NCBI GenBank assembly: GCA_050485365.1
Contig: JBJHBH010000009.1
Span: 2,192-66,191 of the forward strand
Direction of reading: 5' to 3'
DNA from: Desulfuromonadales bacterium
GTDB lineage: Bacteria; Desulfobacterota; Desulfuromonadia; Desulfuromonadales; JACZKF01
DNA: 64,000 bases
The position numbers and the translations under genes are program-made. The stretch's first letter is position 1, and every line of letters starts with the position of its first letter. Below are positions 1 to 10,087 of this stretch, piece after piece. The notes below the pieces were generated by a model, which had not been told where the DNA came from, searched no databases, and was given only the letters and a program-made list of their open reading frames with translations.

Positions 1-406
1 CGGCGAGTTTTTCGGAGAGGTCGGCGGTAACCAGCGCCGTCAGCCAGTGGCGCTCGATCTGGAAATTGGGGCAGGCCCGCAGGTTGAAGGCGTTGGAGAG
101 GGACATGGCGACGACCAGCCCCTTGGTGGTGGAGAGGCCGAGAACGCGGATGATCGCCTCCTCGACGGTGACGATGCGGCGCCTCTGGCCGTAATAGGAG
201 GAGTTGGCGCAGCGCAGAATGCGCGCCACCAGTTCGGGGCTGCGCTCGATGACGGCGGCGACGTCGCGCAGGGCGGCCTTTTCGTCGCCGACGACCCGCA
301 GGGCCTCCTGAAGCATGCCGGGAGCGGGGGGGAGGTCCTTGAGGCGAAAGAGCTTCAGCTGCGCTTCGGCATGCAGGTCTCTGCCCGGCTCATCCGACAT
401 CGCCAT
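1..406 (-). CDS. HDOD domain protein (N-terminal part; runs off window start)
   Basis: Hand translation of the minus strand from ATG at 406: MAMSDEPG...LKDLPPAPGMLQEAL...VIERSPELVARILRCANSSYYGQRRRIVTVEEAIIRVLGL, the typical HDOD pattern (LP..P, P.L.A.IL..ANS..Y). Not in the ORF track because it is truncated. Confidence 0.8.
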   Translation of the reverse strand, partial: MAMSDEPGRDLHAEAQLKLFRLKDLPPAPGMLQEALRVVGDEKAALRDVAAVIERSPELVARILRCANSSYYGQRRRIVTVEEAIIRVLGLSTTKGLVVAMSLSNAFNLRACPNFQIERHWLTALVTADLSEKLA

Positions 407-503
407 CCCTTCTCGAAGTAGCATCGCACCCCCCGGAATTAAAAAGACACACAGAGCTTCAAAATAGACAAAGTGCGCTGATCTGTCAACGAATAGTGCG
501 GCC

Positions 504-1325
504 TCAGAGCGCTTCGTCTCCGGCGGGCTCTTCGCCGATCCGGTGTTTCAGGGGGATGGGGGTGACCCTCGGCGCCTTGGCGAGGGTGCCCTCCTCGACG
601 AGAAGCCGGCAGTGATAGATCGCCTCGAGCTGCTGCGCGGTGAGGACCTGGCGCGCCGTGCCGAGCGCGGCGACCTCTCCGTCCGACAGCAGCAGGAGGC
701 GATCGGCGTAGAGGCCGGCCATGTTGAGGTCGTGCGAGACCATGACGACCGTCACCCCCTTGCGGGCGCGCAGCTCCTCGACCAGATCGAGGATGCGGAT
801 CTGGTGGGCCGGATCGAGGGCGGCGGTCGGCTCGTCGAGAAGGAGCAGCTGCGGCGACTGGCAGATGGCCCGGGCGATGAAGACGAGCTGGCGCTCGCCG
901 CCGCTCAGCCGATCGAGGCGACGCCCGGCCAGATGGCTCACGCCGGTGAAGCGCATCGCCTCAAGCGCCGCGTCCCTGTCCGCCTGCGCTTCGGCGCCCC
1001 ACAGCCCCAGGTGCGGCGCACGCCCCATCAGCACCGTCTCCCCCACCCGGAAGGGGAAGTCCTGCGGCACCTCCTGCGAGACGACCGCCACGCGCCGCGC
1101 CAGCTCCTTTCGCGGCCACGCGCGAAGGGGCCTTCCGAGCACCTCGATCGCACCGCCGCAAAAGGGCGCCAGCCCCGCCATCGCCTTCAGCAGCGTCGTC
1201 TTGCCGCTGCCGTTGGGTCCGATGACGACGAAGAACTCCCCGGCGTACACGCTGAAGTCGACCCCGCGTAGGATCTCGCGCCTGCCCAGCGTCACCCCCA
1301 GCGCGCTCACCGTCAGCGCCGTCAT
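504..1325 (-). CDS. btuD: Cobalamin/iron-chelate ABC transporter ATP-binding protein
   Basis: C-terminal part of track ORF 504..2510; true start MTALTVS at 1325. Walker A GPNGSGKT, signature LSGGERQ, Walker B LLLDEPT. Last gene of the riboswitch-led operon. Confidence 0.85.
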   Translation of the reverse strand: MTALTVSALGVTLGRREILRGVDFSVYAGEFFVVIGPNGSGKTTLLKAMAGLAPFCGGAIEVLGRPLRAWPRKELARRVAVVSQEVPQDFPFRVGETVLMGRAPHLGLWGAEAQADRDAALEAMRFTGVSHLAGRRLDRLSGGERQLVFIARAICQSPQLLLLDEPTAALDPAHQIRILDLVEELRARKGVTVVMVSHDLNMAGLYADRLLLLSDGEVAALGTARQVLTAQQLEAIYHCRLLVEEGTLAKAPRVTPIPLKHRIGEEPAGDEAL

Positions 1326-2329
1326 CGCCGCGACCTCCAGAGCAAAAAGACGAACAGCGGCGCGCCGACCAGGGCGGTGACGATCCCCACCGGCATCTCT
1401 CCGGCGGCGGGGAGGCTTCGCGCGGCCACATCGCAGACAATGAGATAGGCCCCTCCGCCCAGAAGGCAGGCCGGAATCAGCACCCGGTGATCGGGCCCCA
1501 GAAGAAGGCGCAGGACATGGGGGATCACCAGCCCGACGAAGCCGATGAGCCCGGCCTGGCTGACGACGATGGAGACCATGAAGGAGGTGGCGACCAGCAA
1601 CGTCAGCGAGACGGCGCGCACATTGACCCCCATGGCGGCGGCGGCCTCTTCGCCCATGAGCAATAGATCCATGGAGCGGGCCAGAAGGAGGATGACGAGG
1701 GCCGCAGGGAGCACCAGCCACAGCACCGGGAGCTGATCGCGCCCCATCAGGGAGAGATCGCCCATGAGCCAAAAGAGGATGTGGCGGATCTGCGGATCCT
1801 GCGACAAGGAGATGAAGAACATGATGAGGGCGCCGCAAAAGGCGTTCATCATCACCCCCCCCAACAGCAACGAGTCGCTGCGCAGGGCCGAGCGACCGCC
1901 GGCCAGAGACAGCACCAGCGCCAGGGTGACGAGGCTGCCGGCGAAGGCGCTCAGTGAGACTCCGGGAAAAGGGGCAAGCCCCGCCAGCATCCCCACGATG
2001 GCCCCGACGGCGCTGCCGCCCGAGATCCCCAGGATGTACGGTTCGGCGAGGGGGTTGCGCAACAGGGCCTGGAAAACGAGCCCCCCCAGCGCCAGAGCCC
2101 CCCCGGCGACGGCGGCCAGAACGACCCGCGGCAGGCGGATCTGCCAGACGATGGCCGAGGCGACGGGGTCGCTCCCATGCGCGCCGGGCAACAAGTCGCG
2201 CAGCAGACCCCACGAGGCGCCGGACGACCCGACGGCGAGGCCGAGCAGGGACGCCGCCGCCAGGGCCGCACCGAGAAGGACGGCGGGCACCAGAACCCGT
2301 GCGCTCAACGGGGCGAGGGGGGCGCTCAC
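1322..2329 (-). CDS. btuC: FecCD/BtuC-family ABC permease
   Basis: IRLPRVVLA, FQALLRNPLAEPYILGISGG, GLIGFVGLVIPH and GEMPVGIVTALVGAPLF motifs. GTG start at 2329 overlaps the upstream stop. Confidence 0.85.
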   Translation of the reverse strand: MSAPLAPLSARVLVPAVLLGAALAAASLLGLAVGSSGASWGLLRDLLPGAHGSDPVASAIVWQIRLPRVVLAAVAGGALALGGLVFQALLRNPLAEPYILGISGGSAVGAIVGMLAGLAPFPGVSLSAFAGSLVTLALVLSLAGGRSALRSDSLLLGGVMMNAFCGALIMFFISLSQDPQIRHILFWLMGDLSLMGRDQLPVLWLVLPAALVILLLARSMDLLLMGEEAAAAMGVNVRAVSLTLLVATSFMVSIVVSQAGLIGFVGLVIPHVLRLLLGPDHRVLIPACLLGGGAYLIVCDVAARSLPAAGEMPVGIVTALVGAPLFVFLLWRSRR

Positions 2330-3255
2330 CGCTCCTCCGCGTAGAGCTCGGGGTGAATGCGGCGCGCCAGCAGCTCCAACCCCTCCAGCAGGCGAGGGGT
2401 GGGGCGATTGAACAGGTCGGCATCCTCCACGTGGACCCGCTCGCGCTGCACCGCCCGCAGCTGCGGCCAGCGCCTCCAGTCGCGCAGCAGCGCCTCGGGC
2501 GTCTGCCCACCGGCCATGGAGCTGATGACGACGACGTCGGGCTGCAGGCGCAGGATCTCCTCCCACCCGACGCGGGGCCAGGAGGCCTTGCCGGCGGTGA
2601 CGTTGCGCCCCCCGGCCGTCTCGATCAGCTCGTTCAGAAAATTGTCCCCCCCGACGCTGACCAGGGGGGCGGCGTCGACCTGGAAGAAGACCGAAGGGCG
2701 CGCCGCCGCGCCGGCGACGCGCTCACGCACCGCGTCGATGCGCGCGCTCATCTGCGCGACGTGCCGCTTCGCCTCCTCGCGGGCGCCGAGGATCTCGCCG
2801 AGCACGGCGATCGTCTCCATGATGTCGGCCAGCGAACGCGGATCGACGGCGAAGACCGCAATCCCCAACGCATCGAGGCGGCTGACGGCCTCGATGGGGT
2901 TTCCGTCCCGGATCGCCAGAACGAGATCGGGGCGCAGCGCGACGATCCGCTCGATGTCGGGGCGGTGGTACGAGCCGACAAGGGGAATGGCGCGCGCCTC
3001 GGGGGGATGGTCGCTGAACTGCGTCGTCCCTTTGAGAATCCCCTCGCGTCCCAGGGCGAAAACGAGCTCGGTGACGGCGGGCGAAAGGGAGATGACCCGC
3101 TGCGGCGTGGCTGGCACAACGACGCGCCGGCCGGCGAAGTCGACGAGCTCGCGCTCGGCGGCGTGAAGCGCCGGGGTGAGCAAAAGCAGGGGGAGAATAA
3201 GAAGAAATGCGGCTGTCGCGTTTCGGATCGGATGACGTGCGTGGCTCAAACTCAT
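2326..3255 (-). CDS. btuF: Cobalamin-binding periplasmic protein
   Basis: Signal peptide; RVISLSPAVTELVFALG, IERIVALRPDLV and RPTPRLLEGLE motifs of Peripla_BP_2. Confidence 0.85.
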   Translation of the reverse strand: MSLSHARHPIRNATAAFLLILPLLLLTPALHAAERELVDFAGRRVVVPATPQRVISLSPAVTELVFALGREGILKGTTQFSDHPPEARAIPLVGSYHRPDIERIVALRPDLVLAIRDGNPIEAVSRLDALGIAVFAVDPRSLADIMETIAVLGEILGAREEAKRHVAQMSARIDAVRERVAGAAARPSVFFQVDAAPLVSVGGDNFLNELIETAGGRNVTAGKASWPRVGWEEILRLQPDVVVISSMAGGQTPEALLRDWRRWPQLRAVQRERVHVEDADLFNRPTPRLLEGLELLARRIHPELYAEER

Positions 3256-3305
3256 TGCTTCCTTGCGCTGCGGCGGGCCGAAGCCCGCCGCAGTCGAACG
3301 TTCGG

Positions 3306-5252
3306 TCAGAAGGGGTGGACCAGCCTGAGGCCCGCCACGTAATTTCGCTCGGGGGCGGGATAGATATTCGCCGCCTCGGCTCTAAAGACGCCTGTTTCCG
3401 AATATCTTTCGCTCAAGACGTTATTGATCCCCGCATAGATGGTGAGGGGCCGCAATGCGTAGCTCACCATCAGATCGGTCACCGTGTAATCGCCTCCCTC
3501 CCAGTCGTCCCCGATCACGTTGTTCCAATCGCTGAGCAGATGCTTGCCTGCAATCCAGCGGGTGCGAACGTCAACGACAAGGTCCTTTATCGGGTAGGCC
3601 GTCGCCCGAAGAGCGGCCATATGGCGGGCGACGCCCGGAATCCTGTTACCGTCATACGGGCCGCCGCGCAGCTCATGATCGTTGAAAGTGTAACTGACCC
3701 CCAGACGCACCTTCTCGTGGGGGACGACCTGGGCGCTCAGCTCGACCCCTTCGCGCCGGGTCCGGCCGTAGTTGACGTTTTCACCCCGCCAGAATCCGAA
3801 ATCCTCCATGAACTCGACTTCGGGATTGAAGAAAATCTCGTCCCGGGTGTCGATACGAAAAAGCGTGATCCCGGCTTGAAAACGGTCGCCGAAATGGTGG
3901 CTGACCCCGGTCTGATAATGTCGGCTGATCTGGGGCGAGAGGATCTCGTTGAAGCCGGGCCCACCGAGCTCGTCAAGGAGAACGGTGCGGAACGCGCGAT
4001 CGAACGATGCGAAGAGCTTGCTCCCGGGCGCATAGTTCCAGGCGAGGCCGACGGTGGCAGAATCGGTGTGGAATGCATCGCTGGCGCCTCCGTCGATTTC
4101 ATAGCGGGTGCGGGTATTGCGGTAGCCGAGGCTCAAAAAGAGGTCCTCGCGCAGAGCGATCTTGTCGTAAGCGAAAACACCCGTCTCGCGCCGCCGGCGA
4201 TCCTGGCCGACCTCCTTGTAGTGCAGGTCGCTGGACTGGTAGTCGACGCCGACGACGAGCGTATGGGGGAGCGTGAACAGGGTGAGTTGCTTGGCGTATT
4301 GGGGAGAAATGCCGTAGTCGTCGAGCTCATAGGCGAAGGAGGAAAGCCACTGGACGTATTCGGTTCTCGAATCGGCTTTCCGGGCGCGCAAACCCACCGA
4401 CAGCTCTGAATCGTCGGGGAAGAGAAGGTAGGGGGTCAGCTGAACGTAGCGCTCCCGGGTTTCGGCAAAATCGCCAAGGGAGTGCGTGCTGCGACGACGC
4501 TCGCCCTGCACGATGGAGCCCGGCAGACCGTAGCTGTCGTCCTTGTAGCCCGCCGAGAGGCGCACGCCGAAGCGGTCGGCATCGTACCCGAGGCTGAGCC
4601 CCGTCGTTCGGTTGCGAAAATGGCCGTTGTCGCGATAGCCGTCCGTATCGGTGTACGAACCATCGACGTGCCACGACCATCCACCATGGCTGCCGCCAAG
4701 CCCTAGGGCCTGCTTCGCATAGCCGTAGCTCCCGATGGCCGTCTCGGCGCTCACCGTGGTTTGGGGCGCCCTCTGTCGCGTGATGATGTTGATGACGCCG
4801 CCCGTGGCGTTGTTTCCGTACAGAACGCTGCCGCCCCCGCGCACGATCTCGACCCTTTCGATGCGGTCCAAAGGGATGCTGGTCCAATCGACTCCGGACA
4901 TATCCGGGCTGTTGATCCTTCGCCCGTCGACCATCACCAGAGTGTTGGCCCCGGCCGTTTCTCCGAAACCGCGAATGTCAACCTGGGTGGTGCGACCGGT
5001 GCCGGTAAAGTCGGCCACGTCGATGCCGACGATCCCCCTTAGCAGGTCGGGAAGGGTCTGCGCCGAACCGGCGGCGATCTCCTCGGACGTGACGACGGTC
5101 ACATGCGCCGGCACCGTGACCGGATCCTCACCGATGCGGCTCGCCGTAACGATCATCGACTCGAGCTCCACCGGCGCGGCAAGGGCCGGCGCCGGTGAAA
5201 GGAGTGCGCCTGCTGCTGTACATGCCATGATCTTTCGCATTAAACATTTCAT
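3306..5252 (-). CDS. btuB: TonB-dependent outer-membrane receptor, probably for cobalamin
   Basis: Signal peptide, TonB box-like ESMIVTASR, plug motif IERVEIVRGGGSVLYG...GGVINIIT, C-terminal Phe; downstream of a cobalamin riboswitch. Confidence 0.85.
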   Translation of the reverse strand: MKCLMRKIMACTAAGALLSPAPALAAPVELESMIVTASRIGEDPVTVPAHVTVVTSEEIAAGSAQTLPDLLRGIVGIDVADFTGTGRTTQVDIRGFGETAGANTLVMVDGRRINSPDMSGVDWTSIPLDRIERVEIVRGGGSVLYGNNATGGVINIITRQRAPQTTVSAETAIGSYGYAKQALGLGGSHGGWSWHVDGSYTDTDGYRDNGHFRNRTTGLSLGYDADRFGVRLSAGYKDDSYGLPGSIVQGERRRSTHSLGDFAETRERYVQLTPYLLFPDDSELSVGLRARKADSRTEYVQWLSSFAYELDDYGISPQYAKQLTLFTLPHTLVVGVDYQSSDLHYKEVGQDRRRRETGVFAYDKIALREDLFLSLGYRNTRTRYEIDGGASDAFHTDSATVGLAWNYAPGSKLFASFDRAFRTVLLDELGGPGFNEILSPQISRHYQTGVSHHFGDRFQAGITLFRIDTRDEIFFNPEVEFMEDFGFWRGENVNYGRTRREGVELSAQVVPHEKVRLGVSYTFNDHELRGGPYDGNRIPGVARHMAALRATAYPIKDLVVDVRTRWIAGKHLLSDWNNVIGDDWEGGDYTVTDLMVSYALRPLTIYAGINNVLSERYSETGVFRAEAANIYPAPERNYVAGLRLVHPF

Positions 5253-5323
5253 CTTCGACCTTCTATCCTCCTTTTGAATAACCCCGGCAGACGGCTCGGG
5301 TGCACCAGGAGGGCGTGGGACGC

Positions 5324-5360
5324 AAAAGGCCCGCGCACCTTTTTGGGTGCGCGGGCCTTT
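5324..5360 (-). terminator. Hairpin in the riboswitch expression platform (putative terminator/attenuator)
   Basis: Inverted repeat AAAGGCCCGCGCACC / GGTGCGCGGGCCTTT between the riboswitch aptamer and the btuB start; short U-run on the minus strand. Confidence 0.6.
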
Positions 5361-5424
5361 CCGTCTTTAAAGCGCCGCATCTGTCCACCCTCCCATTCCC
5401 GGGGAGGTTGATGTGGGGAGGTCC

Positions 5425-5612
5425 GATCCGGCAGGTCTTCTGGCTCGCGATTCGTCCTCGGGGCCGCCTTCCCGATCCGTCGATCAGTGGCGTCGAGTGG
5501 CCCTTCGTCCTCGCTTACAGCGGCGGGTCCGCGGGGGATTCTCACCCCTCTTCCCTATCAAGCCCTTGCGGGCGCCGATGGACTGTCCTTCAAATTTTGG
5601 GGAACCTTAGTT
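5425..5612 (-). promoter_or_regulatory. Cobalamin (AdoCbl) riboswitch
   Basis: Minus strand reads AAGGTTCC...ATAGGGAAGAGGGGTGAGAATCCCCCGCGGACCCGCCGCTGTAAGC...GCCACTG...GGGAAGGC...GAGCCAGAAGACCTGCC, containing the canonical B12-box elements. It lies 5' of btuB. Confidence 0.93.
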
Positions 5613-5622
5613 GAAATCCCTC

Positions 5623-6975
5623 TCAATGTAAAGAATTGCCCGAAGGGGAGTCGGCCTCGGACCGAGTCCCCATGGCGATGCGTCGGGTGTCGGGAGTCTC
5701 CATCATCTGCACGTATTCGGCCACCTTCTGTTTGAAGCTTCCGCGCTGCTCCTTGGAGATGGAGGATGCGAGGGGGATATCGGCCGTCAGGGGGTTGACC
5801 GGCCGCCCCCGCACGTGGAATTCGTAATGGAGGTGCGGCCCGGTGGAGCGCCCGGTGTTGCCGGACAGGGCGATGCGCTGGCCGCGGGTCACGCTCTGGC
5901 CGGGGCGGACCAGAAAGCGGTCGAGGTGCATGTAGCGCGTCACGTAATGCGTCCCGTGCTGGATTTCGATGTACTTGCCGGCGTAGGGGTGGTTTTGGAC
6001 CCGCGTCACCACGCCGTCGCCCGGCGCGAGGATGGGGGTGCCGATGGGCATGGCGAAATCGACGCCGTTGTGCGGCGAAACGCGCCCGGTGATGGGGTGG
6101 CGGCGCGCCGGGTTGAAGGGGGAGCTCACGCGGAACTGGCGAGCCATCGGGTAGCGCTGGAAGGCGCGCATGAGGCTGTCGCCGTTGTGATCGTAATAGT
6201 TGCCGTCGTCGGCGAGAAAGGCGCTGTGAATCCTGTTGCCGCGCAGGATGCGCACCCCCTCGATGCGGCTTTGTCCCGTCGGCTCGCCGTCGACGAGCTG
6301 CTGCGAGCGCACCACCTGAAAGCGGTCGCCCGCCCTGATCTCCCGAGCGAAATTGAGCCGCTCGCCCAGCAGGGTCGACACCTGCGCGGTCTCCGCCTCG
6401 GAGAGGCCGGCATTTTTGGCCGAAAGATAGAAGCTGCCGCGGATCTCGCCCGAAAGGACCTGCTGCTCCCAGTCGCCGGGGACGATGATCTCCTCGAAGT
6501 CGAAGCTCGCCCCGTCAACGTTGCGGTAGACGACGCGGTTGCCGGCGTGGATGAAGAGCTCCATCTCCTCGAGGCTGCGCGTCTGCTCATCGAGGACGAA
6601 GGTGAGCCGATGACCGGGGCGCAGCGTCTCCAACGCCAGAGGTTCGTCGGCCCTGAGAATCTTGTACATGACGCTGTGGCCGAGATCAAAACGGTCGAAG
6701 ATCGCGCCGAGGGTGTCGCCGGGGGCGATGGTGTAAGCGATGACGTTGTCGGGCTCTTCGGGGAGCGCCTCGTCGAGAGGCTCGGCCACGAGATCGGCCG
6801 CGGGGGAGAGTGTCGCTGGAGGGGGGTAGCTCGCCTCGAGGGTGGAGAGCGTGTCGTTGCCGCCGCCTGACCAGAAGGAAACCGTCGTCACGACGGCGCC
6901 TAAAAAGACCAGTGCCAACAGGCGGTTAAGACGTTTTCTGCGTCGTCTGCGCGTTGAGTGCCTGATTGCATTCAT
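5623..6975 (-). CDS. M23 family murein DD-endopeptidase (MepM/OapA-like)
   Basis: N-terminal TM, LysM-like segment, HNGVDFAMPIG (HxxxD) and STGPHLHYE (HxH) zinc motifs. Confidence 0.9.
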   Translation of the reverse strand: MNAIRHSTRRRRRKRLNRLLALVFLGAVVTTVSFWSGGGNDTLSTLEASYPPPATLSPAADLVAEPLDEALPEEPDNVIAYTIAPGDTLGAIFDRFDLGHSVMYKILRADEPLALETLRPGHRLTFVLDEQTRSLEEMELFIHAGNRVVYRNVDGASFDFEEIIVPGDWEQQVLSGEIRGSFYLSAKNAGLSEAETAQVSTLLGERLNFAREIRAGDRFQVVRSQQLVDGEPTGQSRIEGVRILRGNRIHSAFLADDGNYYDHNGDSLMRAFQRYPMARQFRVSSPFNPARRHPITGRVSPHNGVDFAMPIGTPILAPGDGVVTRVQNHPYAGKYIEIQHGTHYVTRYMHLDRFLVRPGQSVTRGQRIALSGNTGRSTGPHLHYEFHVRGRPVNPLTADIPLASSISKEQRGSFKQKVAEYVQMMETPDTRRIAMGTRSEADSPSGNSLH

Positions 6976-7201
6976 AAGCTGGATAGCATCCGTTGCGTCC
7001 GAACGATCGGGGGCAACGACCCCTGTCGCCAGATCAAACCAAAGTCGATGTCATGAACCTCCCTGAGACCATATGGCCTTGAAACGCAAGCAGATTAACC
7101 CAAAAATGGTATGAGCTCAACCCTTCTTATCTCATTTCTTCTTAATTCCCGGTCGCCTATCGGAAAAAATGCGCCCGAAGCGCCCCCCGTGCCGCCCATT
7201 C

Positions 7202-7507
7202 TCACTCCCCTTTGCGTCCGGACGCGCGCCGGCGCTGCCCCCGCTGCGTCCAGTGGCGCCAGTACAGCAGCGCCGCGCCCGCCACGCACAGGGCGCCGAA
7301 GACGGCATTGACCAGCAGCGTCTCGCCGTAGAAGGGCTGCACCTGGGTGAAGCCGACGGCGAAGACGAGGAGCATGACGATCTTGAGCAGGGCGATCTGC
7401 CGGTCGGCCCAGCGGCGCGCCTGCTCTTTGTCGCGGCGGCGCATGCGCAGATACAGCACCACCGAGACGAAGGCGAACAGGAGGACCAGAAGGAACAGGA
7501 CGATCAC
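7202..7507 (-). CDS. Small membrane protein of unknown function (about 3 TM)
   Basis: 101 aa ORF with three hydrophobic stretches separated by basic loops; RBS-like GGAGAAAG upstream. Confidence 0.6.
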   Translation of the reverse strand: MIVLFLLVLLFAFVSVVLYLRMRRRDKEQARRWADRQIALLKIVMLLVFAVGFTQVQPFYGETLLVNAVFGALCVAGAALLYWRHWTQRGQRRRASGRKGE

Positions 7508-7847
7508 GATCTTTCTCCGGGAAGTGACGGGGACGAAAAAACGCCCGGGTTTTCAGACGGAGGTACTCAATGGGCGGAACTTTCTTGTGCTACCGATTAT
7601 GCACCGCCTCGACGAACGGAGCAAGCTCGGGTCGGTTGACACCCTGCACGGTGCCGCTAGAGTTGTGAAAGATGATGGCGCCGCAAAAATTCACCAACTG
7701 CTGCGTTGCTGCCATTGCTCTCGCTGCTTCGACGTACATACGTACGCCTCATTGCTCGACAATGGCGCGCCTTGCATTTGGCGCTTTTTTGCTTAGCCAT
7801 CCCCTGTTTCGCTTTCTTGCGAAAGCATCAAAGATGGTCTGAAATGA

Positions 7848-9182
7848 TTGAAATCCCGTTGCAGATGCGGAGCCGCCTTGTCTACGCCCCTCTCCTCCAC
7901 GCGTTCGCTCTCGGTCTTCGATGCAGTCCTTATCACGGTGGGGGTCATCGTCGGCGCCGGAATATTTCGCACCCCCTCGGTGGTGGCGGCCAATGCGGGG
8001 AGCGCCGAGGGGCTGGTTCTGCTGTGGGTCGCCGGCGGCGCGATCTCGCTCATCGGGGCGCTGTGCTACGCCGAGCTCGCCTCGAGCTATCCCGAGCGCG
8101 GCGGCGAGTACCATTTCGTGTCGCGGGCATTCGGCCCAGCCCCCGGATTCCTCTTCGCCTGGGCGCGCATGACGGTGATCCAGACCGGCTCCATCGCCAT
8201 GCTCGCCTTTTTGATCGGGGACTACGCCGCCGCCGCGCTGGGCGCCCTCCCCTTCAGCTCGGCCCACTACGCCGCCGCGACAGTGGTGGCGCTGAGCGCC
8301 GTCAACATCGCCGGCATCCGGCAGGGCAAGGGGATGCAGACCGCCCTCATCGCCCTGCTGGCGCTGGGGCTGTGCTCCATCATCGTGACCGGATCTCTTG
8401 CGAACGCAAGCGTCTCGCCCGCGCAGCAGACCTCGGACCCTTCGGTCTTCGGCCGGGCGATGATCTTCGTCCTTCTGACCTTCGGCGGCTGGAACGAGGC
8501 CGCCTACCTGTCGGCCGACGTGCAGGGTCACCGGCGCAACATCGTGCGGGTGCTGCTCTACAGCATCGCCGCCGTCACGCTTTTGTATCTGGCCGTCAAT
8601 CTGGCGCTGCTCAAGGGGCTCGGCCTCGGGGGGATGTCGGCCTCCGACGCGGTGGCTGCCGACCTGATGCGGCTGAGCTTCGGCGAGGCCGGAGCCGCCC
8701 TCGTCAGCCTCCTCATCGTTCTGGCGTGCCTGAGCACCATGAACGCCACCATCATCACCGGCGCACGCACCACCTACGCCCTCGGGCGCGACTTTCGGCT
8801 CCTTCGTTTTCTGGGTCGCTGGCGCGAAGGGCGCGAGACCCCCGTCAACGCCCTGCTGCTGCAGGGGGGGATCGCCCTGCTGCTCGTGATCGGGGGGGCC
8901 AAAGCCCGAAACGGTTTCGAGTCGATGGTCGACTACACCGCGCCGGTCTTCTGGTTCTTCTTCGCCCTGATCGGCCTGTCGCTCTTCGTCCTTCGCCGCC
9001 GCGAACCCCACACCCCGCGCCCGTTTCGGGTGCCGCTCTATCCTCTGCTGCCGCTCCTCTTCATCGCGGTGTGCCTCTACATGCTCTACTCGAGCCTGGC
9101 CTTCACCGGGATGGGCGCGCTGTTCGGCGGAGCGGTTCTGGTGGCCGGCATCCCCGTCTTTTTCCTGCTCAAGCGACGATAG
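7848..9182 (+). CDS. APC-family amino acid permease
   Basis: GVIVGAGIFRTP, CYAELASSYPERGGEYHF, FGGWNEAAY and PRPFRVPLYP motifs; about 12 TM. Start may be a few codons downstream. Confidence 0.9.
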   Translation: MKSRCRCGAALSTPLSSTRSLSVFDAVLITVGVIVGAGIFRTPSVVAANAGSAEGLVLLWVAGGAISLIGALCYAELASSYPERGGEYHFVSRAFGPAPGFLFAWARMTVIQTGSIAMLAFLIGDYAAAALGALPFSSAHYAAATVVALSAVNIAGIRQGKGMQTALIALLALGLCSIIVTGSLANASVSPAQQTSDPSVFGRAMIFVLLTFGGWNEAAYLSADVQGHRRNIVRVLLYSIAAVTLLYLAVNLALLKGLGLGGMSASDAVAADLMRLSFGEAGAALVSLLIVLACLSTMNATIITGARTTYALGRDFRLLRFLGRWREGRETPVNALLLQGGIALLLVIGGAKARNGFESMVDYTAPVFWFFFALIGLSLFVLRRREPHTPRPFRVPLYPLLPLLFIAVCLYMLYSSLAFTGMGALFGGAVLVAGIPVFFLLKRR

Positions 9183-9201
9183 CCCAAAGGAGACCCGTGC
9201 C

Positions 9202-10083
9202 ATGATGCGAAAAACCGCCCTTCTCGCCGTGTTCCTTCTGGCCTTCGCCGCGGCGACCCACGCCGCCAACTTCTGGTCCGACGGCGAGTGGATCCCCAGC
9301 GGCGGCCCCGACGTGCACTATGTGCCGACCCCGCCCGAGGTCGTCGACGAAATGCTGCGCCTGGCCGATGTCGACGACACCGACCTGGTCTACGATCTGG
9401 GGAGCGGCGACGGGCGCATCGTCATTGCCGCCGCCAAGCAGCGAGGCGCCCAGGGCGTCGGCATCGACATCGACCCGATCCGTGTCGAGCAAGGCAAGCG
9501 CAACGCCGAGCAGGCCGGCGTCTCCGACCGGGTGACGTTCCTCCAGGAGGACCTCTTCAGCGCCGACTTCAGCGACGCCACCGTCGTCACCCTCTATCTG
9601 CTTCCCAGCCTCAACCTGCGCCTTCGCCCGGCCCTCTTCGAGCAGCTCGCCCCCGGTACCCGCGTCGTCTCCCACGCCTTCCACATGGGGAGCTGGGACC
9701 CCGACGCGCAGAGCACCATCGGACGCCACAACGTCTTTTTCTGGATCGTTCCGGCCAACGTGTCGGGCGTCTGGGAATGGCGCGAAGAAAGGGCGGAGCA
9801 CGAGCGCAACCTCCGCATCGAGATCATTCAGGATTATCAGCGCATCACCGCGCTGCTTCTGGACGATTCAGGGCTTCGGCAGGCGAGCCGCGCCACGCTG
9901 CAGGGCGATCGGCTGGAGATGAGCTTCGATCAGGGGGGAGAGGGCACCAAAGCCCTCCTCTTCGAGGGGAGCGTCGCCGACGACGTCATCGAGGGGGCTA
10001 TCCATCGCAGCGGCGCCGAGCGCACGCCCTGGACAGCCACGCGCGTCCCTCAGACGAAGCGGGAGATCGACGAGGGGCGCTAG
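9202..10083 (+). CDS. Class I SAM-dependent methyltransferase with signal peptide and C-terminal extension
   Basis: VYDLGSGDGRI motif I, GIDID, EDLFSADFSDATVVTLYL; N-terminal Sec-type signal ending ATHA. Confidence 0.85.
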   Translation: MMRKTALLAVFLLAFAAATHAANFWSDGEWIPSGGPDVHYVPTPPEVVDEMLRLADVDDTDLVYDLGSGDGRIVIAAAKQRGAQGVGIDIDPIRVEQGKRNAEQAGVSDRVTFLQEDLFSADFSDATVVTLYLLPSLNLRLRPALFEQLAPGTRVVSHAFHMGSWDPDAQSTIGRHNVFFWIVPANVSGVWEWREERAEHERNLRIEIIQDYQRITALLLDDSGLRQASRATLQGDRLEMSFDQGGEGTKALLFEGSVADDVIEGAIHRSGAERTPWTATRVPQTKREIDEGR

Positions 10084-10087
10084 CGCG

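Noticed and set aside
7510-7850. Possible short ORFs in the lower-GC spacer upstream of the APC permease
   Set aside because: No convincing RBS, motif or paralogue; treated as a divergent promoter region.
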